This document shows positions 1 to 7,742 of a stretch of 64,000 bases of DNA, in pieces (within the stretch, counting starts at the first letter, position 1; each line of letters starts with the position of its first letter). Both the position numbers and the translations under genes were made by a program. Source of the stretch: an uncultured Acidobacteriota bacterium (GTDB lineage: Bacteria > Acidobacteriota > Thermoanaerobaculia > Gp7-AA8); NCBI GenBank assembly GCA_963741955.1, contig CAVUKB010000006.1:128001-192000 (forward strand). Reading direction: 5' to 3'. The notes below the pieces were generated by a model. The model saw only the letters and a program-made list of their open reading frames with translations. It was not told the DNA's origin and did not search any database.

Positions 1-513
1 TTCGGCGGCGATGTTCGAGGCGGGTGGACGGCACGACACGACCGTCGCGACGGCGATTCTCGTCGCGGCGCTCGTTCTGGTGTACGTCTACGACCTTCTT
101 CTCAGGCTGATCCCCAGCCGCATCGCGGGGACGTCAGTGGCGATTCTCCTCCTGCTCGGAATCTACCTGGCGATGGAGAAGATCGGGAACTTCAACGGAC
201 GTGCGCTCTACATCCACACCGGAGCGATCCTCGGGAGTGCGATCGCACTGAACGCGATGATGCGGTGATTCCCTCGCAGAGGCGCATTCTCTCTGCGATG
301 CGGGAAGGAAGGGCCCCGGATCCGAAATGGGGGGCCATGTCTTCACTTCGGGCCAGGCAGAACGCGTACATGGCTCTTCCCGCCATCTTCTTCATGCTCA
401 GCAGCCACTTCGGAGCGATCTGGAGCAGCGAGTTTCGCGACCTCTACGCGGCGATCGTCTTCGTCTGCGGTCTACTGGTGGTGAAGCTGGTGTTTCTGAG
501 AGGAGAGAAGTAA
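1..513 (+). pseudogene. Urate hydroxylase PuuD-like membrane protein (Urate_ox_N family), 5'-partial, with a 1-nt frameshift at ~264
   Basis: ORF 11..268 (..GAILGSAIALNAMMR*) and ORF 265..513 (IPSQRRILSAMREGRAPDP..RARQNAYMALPAIFFMLSSHF) join into the PuuD-type motif if one G is added at CGG|TGATT. Confidence 0.6.
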
Positions 514-556
514 GAGGAGACACCGCAACTGCCGACCCGCGCCGTCGCGGCGGCTC

Positions 557-1582
557 TCAGTTCCAGGACCGCGGCACGAAGAGCTTCGAGTAGAGATTGA
601 TCGCGTAGCGGTCCGTCATCCCGGCGATGAAATCGATCGCCAGCCGCTCCACGGGCTCGCCGCTGCTCACGTCGAGATATTCGCCGGGGCGTTCCATCAC
701 GTGATGGAAGAGGGCGACGAGCATGTTCTGCGCCTTCTCGAACTCGTTTCTCACCTGCGGAATCAGGTAGACGTTCTGGAACATGAACGCCCGCAGCTCT
801 TCGAGCGCGCCGAGGACCTCGGGGGACATCGCAATCGCCTGGTAATCGCAGGCGAGCGTCTCGTCGATGACGTCGCGTACCATTCGATCGATGCGGCTCC
901 GGGGATTGAACCCGAGCACGTCCCGGATCGCTCGCGGAATCTCTTCTTCCCGGAGGAGGCCGGCGCGGATTCCGTCGTCGATGTCGTGATTCACGTAGGC
1001 GATGATGTCCGCGAGCCGCACCACGTCACCCTCGAGGGTGAGGGCCCGCGCCTTGGGACGGCTCCGGATGATCTCGCCTTTCTCCCCTTTGGAGTGCTTG
1101 AGAATGCCGTCCCGCACTTCCACGGTGAGGTTGAGGCCCTTCCCTTCGCGTTCGAGTACTTCCACCACCCGCACCGACTGCCGGTAGTGGTCGAAGCCTC
1201 CCTTGACCAGTTTGTTGAGCGCGGCCTCTCCCGCGTGACCGAATGGCGAATGCCCGAGGTCGTGGCCGAGCCCGATGGCTTCGGCCAGGACTTCGTTGAG
1301 GCGGAGAGACTTTGCGATGGTGCGCGCGATCTGAGTCACTTCGAGCACGTGAGTCAGACGTGTCCGATAGTGATCCCCTTCCGGCGCCAGGAAGACCTGC
1401 GTCTTGTGCTTGAGACGGCGGAACGATTTGCAGTGAATGATCCGGTCGCGGTCGCGCTGGTAGGACGGACGGATGTCGTCCTCCGGATCCTCCCGGTCAC
1501 GTCCGCGCGTCTCCGCACTTCGGGCCGCACGAGGGACGAGCGTCTCGAGCTCGATCCGCTCGAGCATCTCTCGAATGTTCAT
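557..1582 (-). CDS. dgt: Deoxyguanosinetriphosphate triphosphohydrolase-like HD protein
   Basis: YQRDRDRIIHCKSFRRLKHKTQVF, HYRTRLTH, GLGHDLGHSPFGHAGE, DFIAGMTDRYA motifs. Confidence 0.93.
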   Translation of the reverse strand: MNIREMLERIELETLVPRAARSAETRGRDREDPEDDIRPSYQRDRDRIIHCKSFRRLKHKTQVFLAPEGDHYRTRLTHVLEVTQIARTIAKSLRLNEVLAEAIGLGHDLGHSPFGHAGEAALNKLVKGGFDHYRQSVRVVEVLEREGKGLNLTVEVRDGILKHSKGEKGEIIRSRPKARALTLEGDVVRLADIIAYVNHDIDDGIRAGLLREEEIPRAIRDVLGFNPRSRIDRMVRDVIDETLACDYQAIAMSPEVLGALEELRAFMFQNVYLIPQVRNEFEKAQNMLVALFHHVMERPGEYLDVSSGEPVERLAIDFIAGMTDRYAINLYSKLFVPRSWN

Positions 1583-1596
1583 CCGGGAGATCCGAA

Positions 1597-1890
1597 TCAG
1601 CTCTGGTTCTTCTTATCGTTCAGCGTGTCACGCAGATCTTTTCCCGCTTTGAAGCGAACGCTTCGGCTCGCAGGGATGTGAATCTCTTCCTTCGTGCGGG
1701 GGTTCCGGCCGGTGCGCGCCTTCCGCTCGGAGACGGCAAACGTCCCCAGACCGGGCACCGAGCAGCGCTCGCCCCGGGTGCACGAGTCGGCGATGAAACT
1801 GACGAAGGCATCGTAAGCGTCGCTCGCTTCTTTCTTGGAGATTCCAGCCTTCTCGGCGATCGCACTGACGATGTCCGCTTTCCCTGCCAT
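1597..1890 (-). CDS. hup: HU family DNA-binding protein
   Basis: GLGTFAVSERKARTGRNPRTKEEIHIPASRSVRFKAGK; ATG at 1890 preceded by GAGGAGG RBS. Confidence 0.93.
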   Translation of the reverse strand: MAGKADIVSAIAEKAGISKKEASDAYDAFVSFIADSCTRGERCSVPGLGTFAVSERKARTGRNPRTKEEIHIPASRSVRFKAGKDLRDTLNDKKNQS

Positions 1891-1989
1891 ACGTTCCTCC
1901 TCAAATAGCACGTCGCACAACGCGACGGACATGCCGCCCAATCTAGGTAGTTTCCGGGATGAAGTCAACGCGCAGAGAGTGACGGCGGT

Positions 1990-2901
1990 TCACGGTGCGT
2001 CGCTCCATCGCGTCTCGATGGCGTTCTTGTGCACCTTGCGCAACGCGAGCTCGACCGCAGTCTGGAAGTCCATCGGCCTGACGTCGGGGAAGCAATCCGC
2101 GGCCCGGCGGAGGTCCGCCCGGACGCCGCGGTGCAGTGCTTCGATGGTCGGAAGGACCAGTCTTCCCGACAGCGGCGTGACGGCTCCGATCCAGAGCGCG
2201 GAAAGCCGCGGGAAAGAGAAAGGGATCGCGATGATCGCACGACGGAGATCCCTCAGTTCCGCGTATGTCTCCATCATGGAGCGAAACGTGATCGGATCGG
2301 CTCCGATCTCCACCACGCCGTTGACGTCTGATTCGATTCCTTCCACCAGAATCGAGAGAACGTCGCGGATGGCGATCGGCTGCACCGGGCGGTCGATCCA
2401 CGCCGGAGCAATCATCACCGCGGTCTCTTCGGTGATGCTTCGGACCATCTCGAAGAGAATCGAGCCGGAACCGACGATCGGCCCGGCACGGAGCTCGAGT
2501 GCGGGACGATCCCGGCGGAGAATCGCACCGACCCGCGCGCGGCTCTCGAGGCGAGGGGCACGTCGCCACTCCGGAAGAAGTGAGCCGAGGTAGACCAGGC
2601 GCGAGAGTGGCCGCGCGGCGCGGGCGAAGTTTTCCGCCAGCTGGAGATCCTTTTCATCGTATCGCGCGGTACGAAACGAGTGCACGAGGTAGTACGCCGC
2701 ATCGGCACCCGCCAGGGCTTGCCGGGTCGCCGCCTCGTCGAGAAGGTCCGCCACGCGCACCTCCACGTCGCGATGCCAGCGCCGCATCTCGACGTCCTGC
2801 GTCGCGCGCACGATCACCCTCAACTCGTGGCCACGCTCGAGGAGACGGGGCACCAGTCGTCCTCCCACGTAACCCGTTGCTCCGGTGACTGCGATCCTCA
2901 T
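1990..2901 (-). CDS. NAD(P)-binding SDR/epimerase-like oxidoreductase (YbjT-like, short form)
   Basis: MRIAVTGATGYVGGRLV Rossmann motif, AYYLVHS, GSGSILFEMVR, VQPIAIRDVL, ETRWSDA. Confidence 0.8.
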   Translation of the reverse strand: MRIAVTGATGYVGGRLVPRLLERGHELRVIVRATQDVEMRRWHRDVEVRVADLLDEAATRQALAGADAAYYLVHSFRTARYDEKDLQLAENFARAARPLSRLVYLGSLLPEWRRAPRLESRARVGAILRRDRPALELRAGPIVGSGSILFEMVRSITEETAVMIAPAWIDRPVQPIAIRDVLSILVEGIESDVNGVVEIGADPITFRSMMETYAELRDLRRAIIAIPFSFPRLSALWIGAVTPLSGRLVLPTIEALHRGVRADLRRAADCFPDVRPMDFQTAVELALRKVHKNAIETRWSDAP

Positions 2902-3209
2902 CGGTTCACCTGCTCCGCGCATCGCACCGGAGCCCGGCGCCATTTTCCTGCTCTTTCCGCGATGCGTCGAGAGAGCCGCACCGATCCTCGGAAAGAGGTG
3001 TCCGTGGCGAGGCTCGAGGCACTGAATTCACCGCCACTCGATTTATTCGTCAAGTACGATGAAAAACAGAATATTATTCGTGTAAAATGCCGCTTCTCAG
3101 TACTTTATTCTGTATTGTGGCCTCTACTGCGAACATCGATCTCAGCCCGGAGCGCCGGTGACGATAAGGTGGACCATGGTCGGTCCCATGCGGATCGCGT
3201 CCACGGCCC

Positions 3210-3373
3210 AGGAGTCTGCGCGATAGAAACGTCCGTAGCGAGAAAGCGGAGCGACGAGGCCAAATTCGTTCGGATTTGAGGTGCGTAGCGGTGGCTACTC
3301 GCCGAAAATCCGGACGGATTTGGACCGCTGATCCGCTTTCGCAGTTAGGACAGTTTCTACCGCGCAGACTCCT
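3210..3373. mobile_element. MITE-A: 164-bp non-autonomous element with IS1182-type terminal inverted repeats
   Basis: AGGAGTCTGCGCGATAGAAAC ... GTTTCTACCGCGCAGACTCCT; ends match the IS at 49276-50870; body near-identical to 24706-24850. Confidence 0.85.
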
Positions 3374-3406
3374 GGCTCGTCTTCGCTCACGTCGAGGAGC
3401 GTGAGC

Positions 3407-4699
3407 TCACAACGTGCGCGTCCGTCGCAATCCGAACGCGGTGAATCCGTCCGTTCCTGCGTCGGGAGTGAGCTGGAGCCAACCGTCCGTCAGCCACGGC
3501 GTGACCTCCGGGGATGCCGTCGACGCGAGATCGAACCGCTCGAACTCGGGATGATCGCCGAGGACCCGGGAGACGAGATCTTCGTTCTCCTCCGGTTCGA
3601 GCGAGCAGGTGGAGTAGATGCAGATCCGCTCGGTCAGTTCGAGTGCCTGATGGAGAAGCGCGCTCTGAAGCGCCACGTATCCGCGGATCGCCTCCTCGCT
3701 CGTCCGCCACTTGATCTCCGGATTCTTTCGGATGGTTCCGGTCGCGCTGCATGGCGCATCGACCAGTACGCCGTCGAAGCGATGGCGGAAGGGCGGCCGC
3801 CGGCCGTCGCCGGCGACGAGATGCGCCGGTGCGCCGCGGAAACGCGGCGCCGTCGACGAGAGAAGCCGCAGCCTTCGCCACGAGATGTCGTGACTGACTA
3901 CCCGGCGCGCACGCGCCATCAGCGCCAGCGACTTTCCTCCCGGCGCCGCGGCGAGGTCGAGCACATCGCCCATCCCGGACGGAAAGAGTCGCGCCACCGC
4001 GACGCTCCCCTCGTCCATCGGATAGACCAGGCCTTCCTCGATCTCCTTCTCGACCGCGTCGGTTCCCGTCCGGAGCCGCAGCATGTCCGGAAAGATCGGA
4101 GAACGCTCGTACGGGACGCTCCGTTCGTCGAGCCGCCCGGTCAGCGTCTCCATCGGGACGCGATCGCTGCGCACGAGGAGATCGGGATACGAGAGCTGCT
4201 GATTCGCCGCGACGATGGCGAGGGCACGATCGGCTCCGAAGCGGGCGATCCAGCGCTCGAGCAACCAGGGAGGATGTCCGTTCCGGACTGCCTCGCCCGC
4301 GACTCCGTCTCCCGCCGGGACGATGTTTTCGAGAGCGCTCGTGGACGCCCGGCGGAGCACCGCGTTGACGAAGCCGCTCGCCCGCGGCACCCGCCGTTTC
4401 GCAATCGCGACGCACTCGGAGACCGCCGCATACGGTGCGACGTCCATCCACATCAGCTGATAGATCCCGATGCGGAGGATCTGGCGTACGACCGGATCGA
4501 CCGACACGATCTTCCGGCCGGCGAGCTGCTCGATCACGTAGTCGAGACGGGAGCGCCAGCGGAGAACGCCGAGCACGAGGTGCCGGACGAACGCGGCACC
4601 GCGGACGAAGACCGCGTCGCTGTCGAGCTGAGGGGTCGCAGGGGCAGCATCGTTCTCGACACGCTCGAGAATGCGAAGAGCCTGATCGCGCTCACTCAC
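3407..4699 (-). CDS. rsmB: 16S rRNA m5C967 methyltransferase RsmB/Sun
   Basis: NusB-like N-terminus (ILRIGIYQL, SGFVNAVLRR), DLAAAPGGKS, VDAPCSATG, YSTCSLEPEENE; GTG start overlaps the fmt stop. Confidence 0.88.
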   Translation of the reverse strand: MSERDQALRILERVENDAAPATPQLDSDAVFVRGAAFVRHLVLGVLRWRSRLDYVIEQLAGRKIVSVDPVVRQILRIGIYQLMWMDVAPYAAVSECVAIAKRRVPRASGFVNAVLRRASTSALENIVPAGDGVAGEAVRNGHPPWLLERWIARFGADRALAIVAANQQLSYPDLLVRSDRVPMETLTGRLDERSVPYERSPIFPDMLRLRTGTDAVEKEIEEGLVYPMDEGSVAVARLFPSGMGDVLDLAAAPGGKSLALMARARRVVSHDISWRRLRLLSSTAPRFRGAPAHLVAGDGRRPPFRHRFDGVLVDAPCSATGTIRKNPEIKWRTSEEAIRGYVALQSALLHQALELTERICIYSTCSLEPEENEDLVSRVLGDHPEFERFDLASTASPEVTPWLTDGWLQLTPDAGTDGFTAFGLRRTRTL

Positions 4700-5685
4700 T
4701 CCAGACGGTCCCCGGACTTCATCCCGCGCGAACGGAGGAGTGACGCCGGATCGGAAGCGCGCTTCCCGGGCCGCTGAATCTTCGTAATGCGCACCGCGCC
4801 TGCGCCTGCCGCGACGACCACCGCGTCCCGTTCGACCCCGACGACCGTTCCGGGCGATTGCCGGCGAGCGTTCATCTCGAGCGGCAAATCGTCGGGGCCC
4901 GCGCCGCCCTCCTCCTCGGCTTCCCCTTCGGCGGCGATCACCGACATCTCCAGAATCTTCACCCGCTCGCCGCCGACCGTCGCACTCACGCCCGGCCACG
5001 GATCGAAGGCCCGGAACCGGTCGTAGATCCGTCGCGCCGGCTCCTCCCATCGCACTTCGCCTTCGCTCTTTTCGATCTTCGCCGCATACGTCGCGAGCTC
5101 GTGCTTCTGTTCCGACTCGACCGCGGTCCCCGCTTCCAGCCTGTCGATGGTCTCGAGCAGGAGCGGCCCGCCCGCTTCTGCGAGCTTCGCTGCGAGCGAC
5201 GGCGTGCGCTCATCCGTGCCGATCGGAATCGACTGCATCGCGAAAACGGGCCCGTGATCGAGCTCCGCGTCGACGCGCATGATGGTCACTCCCGTCACCG
5301 CCTCTCCATTCTGGATCGCCCGCTGGATCGGCGCAGCGCCGCGGTACTTCGGCAGGAGCGAGGCATGGACGTTGACGAAGCCGTGGCGCGGGACGTCCAG
5401 CAGCGCCTGCGGGAGGATCTTTCCGTACGCCACGACCACGCCGAGGTCGGGCCCGAAACCTCGTATTGCGTCGAGAAACTCCTCGTTGCGGATCTTCTCC
5501 GGCTGCATGAGCGGAATGCTCGCTTCGATCGCGAGCTGCGCGACGGGTGGTTTCTGCAGCTTCATCCCGCGGCCCGCGGGACGGTCCGGCTGCGCCGCCA
5601 CGCAGACCACTCGATGCTTCGACCCGATCAACGCCGCGAGAGCCGGCACCGCGAACTCCGGAGTCCCGAAGAAGACCACTTTCAT
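4696..5685 (-). CDS. fmt: Methionyl-tRNA formyltransferase
   Basis: MKVVFFGTPEFAVP, QPDRPAGRG, NVHASLLPKYRGAAPIQ. Confidence 0.96.
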   Translation of the reverse strand: MKVVFFGTPEFAVPALAALIGSKHRVVCVAAQPDRPAGRGMKLQKPPVAQLAIEASIPLMQPEKIRNEEFLDAIRGFGPDLGVVVAYGKILPQALLDVPRHGFVNVHASLLPKYRGAAPIQRAIQNGEAVTGVTIMRVDAELDHGPVFAMQSIPIGTDERTPSLAAKLAEAGGPLLLETIDRLEAGTAVESEQKHELATYAAKIEKSEGEVRWEEPARRIYDRFRAFDPWPGVSATVGGERVKILEMSVIAAEGEAEEEGGAGPDDLPLEMNARRQSPGTVVGVERDAVVVAAGAGAVRITKIQRPGKRASDPASLLRSRGMKSGDRLE

Positions 5686-5705
5686 CCGGGGGACGTTAGC
5701 ACAAC

Positions 5706-6050
5706 GATCGGGGATCAGGGGTCGGGGATCGGGGGTCGGAGGGGTACGCACAGACTTCGAGGAGCGAAGCGACCGACGAATGCAGAATGCAGAGTTCAGA
5801 ATTCAGGCGCCACCGGCGGCCGACGGCCATCTTTGATCAAACGAATGGCGAGAGCGAATTCAAAAATCGTCCTCCTGCCCCGAAGGGGCGACGGAGGTTA
5901 GCCGGTGGCTGCCGCGAAGCGGCCGCCACCGGAAAGAGAGGAGCGCGATCATTCGTCGCACCCCGAAGGGGTGCCGGAGTTTCGCAGCAGGTGAAAGAAG
6001 GGCGGCGTCCATTCTCAACTCTGAATTCTGCATTTTGCATTCTGCATTCG
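5706..6050. repeat. Intergenic repeat cluster: GATCGGG-type heptamers, inverted GAATGCA-type heptamer tracts and a central REP-like palindrome array
   Basis: 5706-5740 GATCGGG-like units; 5778-5806 GAATGCAGAATGCAGAGTTCAGAATTCAG; 6010-6050 its inverse; hairpins GCCCCGAAGGGGC (5877-5889) and GCACCCCGAAGGGGTGC (5958-5974). Confidence 0.75.
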
Positions 6051-6153
6051 TTGTTGCCGACCCGATTCCCACGCCCGTGCAGTCACGAGAAAGCCAAAGT
6101 CGGGGTTCGGATTGAGCGGCTGCCCGAACGTCAGCGTGCCGGAGCGCCTGCCG

Positions 6154-7629
6154 TCACCACAGCTCGCGCGGGAAGTCGCGGTAGAGGTTTCGGAAAGCGC
6201 GGTCGTAGGCGCTCTGGGCGTGGGCGATGCGCAGCATGTCCCCGGGGTGGACCGCACGTCTCGCGGCACGGCGCGGATTCTTCGCTCCCGCCTGATGGAT
6301 CTGCCGCCCGTACAGTTTACAGAAGCGCCGAAGCGAAAGCTTCGTCGGCGTGAGGGGATGCATGCAGTCGTGCACGTCATACGGTCTCGGCGCCCAGATC
6401 CGTTCGCGGATCCCTTCGTAGTCGTCCGTTCCCGGTGATGGTGTGCAGATGGTGATACTGAACTGCGCCGGAGGCATCGCTTCGATGTATCCGTGCAGTC
6501 TCGCGAAATCATCCTCGGTGAACTCGGGATCGAGCATGAAGGCCGCGTGCACCGCGATTCCTTCCGCCCGCAGTGCGTCGTGCGCACGTGCATTCTCTGC
6601 GACGGTCGATCCCTTCTTCGATCGCCGCAGCTCTTCGTCGGTGGAGAACTCGAATCCGAGGAATGCGGTGTCGAGCCCGAGCGCCCGCCAGCGGCGGAAG
6701 AGATCGGGAAAGCGGTTCACGGTCGTCGCGCGGGTCCAGGCGAAATAGCGTTTTCGAACCCCGCGCCGTTCGAGCGCCTCCGCCAACGCATGCGCGAAAT
6801 CGGGATCGATGAAGTTCTCGTCGTCGCAGAAGTAGACGTGATCGGTCGGGAGGGCGGCGATCTCTCGAGCGACCGCGCTCACCGGCCGCGGACGGTGCTC
6901 TCCATGGAAGAGTTTCGGGACGATGCAGAAGGAGCAGTTCATTCTGCAGCCGAACGAAGTGCGCACCATCGACGCCGGAACGAAGAGCCGCGAGAACATC
7001 GGAGCATCTTCCGTCGCCCAGACGCTGAAGTAGCTGCGTGCATTCCAAAGATCCCGCCGCGGCACCGGCATGGTGGCAGGGTCCGGAAACGACGGCCAGT
7101 TGTGAAGGGCGTAAGGCGTGAGCGATCCCGGAACGAGCACCCCCTCGATCGGTGCGAGCTCATGATGATGCGCGAGCGCGTCGACGATGCGGCGGAACGG
7201 CGCGCATCCTTCGCCGCGCACGATGGCGTCGATCTCCGGAATGTCGTAGTCGGCCGCGGCGACTGTCGCATGGTGTCCACCCACCACGATCTTCGTCTTC
7301 GGAAGCACCTCCCTCGCATCGCGCGCAAGCTGCTTGACCAGACTCGCCTCGTGCGTGTAGCCGGTGATCCCGACGAGGTCGGGATGCCATGCGTAGAGGA
7401 CGCGGCGGAACGCGAGATCCGCGAAGCGCTCCAGCCGCAGATCGAGCACCCGCACCTCGTGCTGCGTCGGAACGGCCGCAGCGAGATACCCGAGCTCGAT
7501 CGGCTCGAGCATCTGGAAACGGTGGAGCGCGACGATCGCGTCCAGACGCGGCTTCGGCTTGACCAGCAGGATCCGCAACCGCCGCGACGTGCGGATGGTG
7601 AGCGTCGGTTTCCGTTGGGTGTCGAGCAT
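6154..7629 (-). CDS. Cobalamin-binding radical SAM protein (class B methylase-like)
   Basis: N-terminal B12-binding domain (EPIELGYLAA, PDLVGITG, VVGGHHAT) and CxxxCxxC motif GCRMNCSFC. Confidence 0.85.
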   Translation of the reverse strand: MLDTQRKPTLTIRTSRRLRILLVKPKPRLDAIVALHRFQMLEPIELGYLAAAVPTQHEVRVLDLRLERFADLAFRRVLYAWHPDLVGITGYTHEASLVKQLARDAREVLPKTKIVVGGHHATVAAADYDIPEIDAIVRGEGCAPFRRIVDALAHHHELAPIEGVLVPGSLTPYALHNWPSFPDPATMPVPRRDLWNARSYFSVWATEDAPMFSRLFVPASMVRTSFGCRMNCSFCIVPKLFHGEHRPRPVSAVAREIAALPTDHVYFCDDENFIDPDFAHALAEALERRGVRKRYFAWTRATTVNRFPDLFRRWRALGLDTAFLGFEFSTDEELRRSKKGSTVAENARAHDALRAEGIAVHAAFMLDPEFTEDDFARLHGYIEAMPPAQFSITICTPSPGTDDYEGIRERIWAPRPYDVHDCMHPLTPTKLSLRRFCKLYGRQIHQAGAKNPRRAARRAVHPGDMLRIAHAQSAYDRAFRNLYRDFPRELW

Positions 7630-7664
7630 GGCGCGAGGACGCCGGGAGCCGTCAACGACATCTT

Positions 7665-7699
7665 AGCCCGAATTTCTCCCACCGTGAGAAATGCGGGCT
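7665..7699. mobile_element. Collapsed MITE-B (terminal inverted repeats only)
   Basis: AGCCCGAATTTCTCCCACCGTGAGAAATGCGGGCT equals the two ends of the 181-bp element at 24525-24705 and 50871-51051. Confidence 0.7.
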
Positions 7700-7742
7700 G
7701 GCTCGGAATCCGGGGACGCTTGCGGGGTCGTCGCGGAACGTT

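Noticed and set aside
3040-3090. Possible dif/Xer site
   Set aside because: No convincing XerD arm (TTATGTTAAAT) at the right spacing
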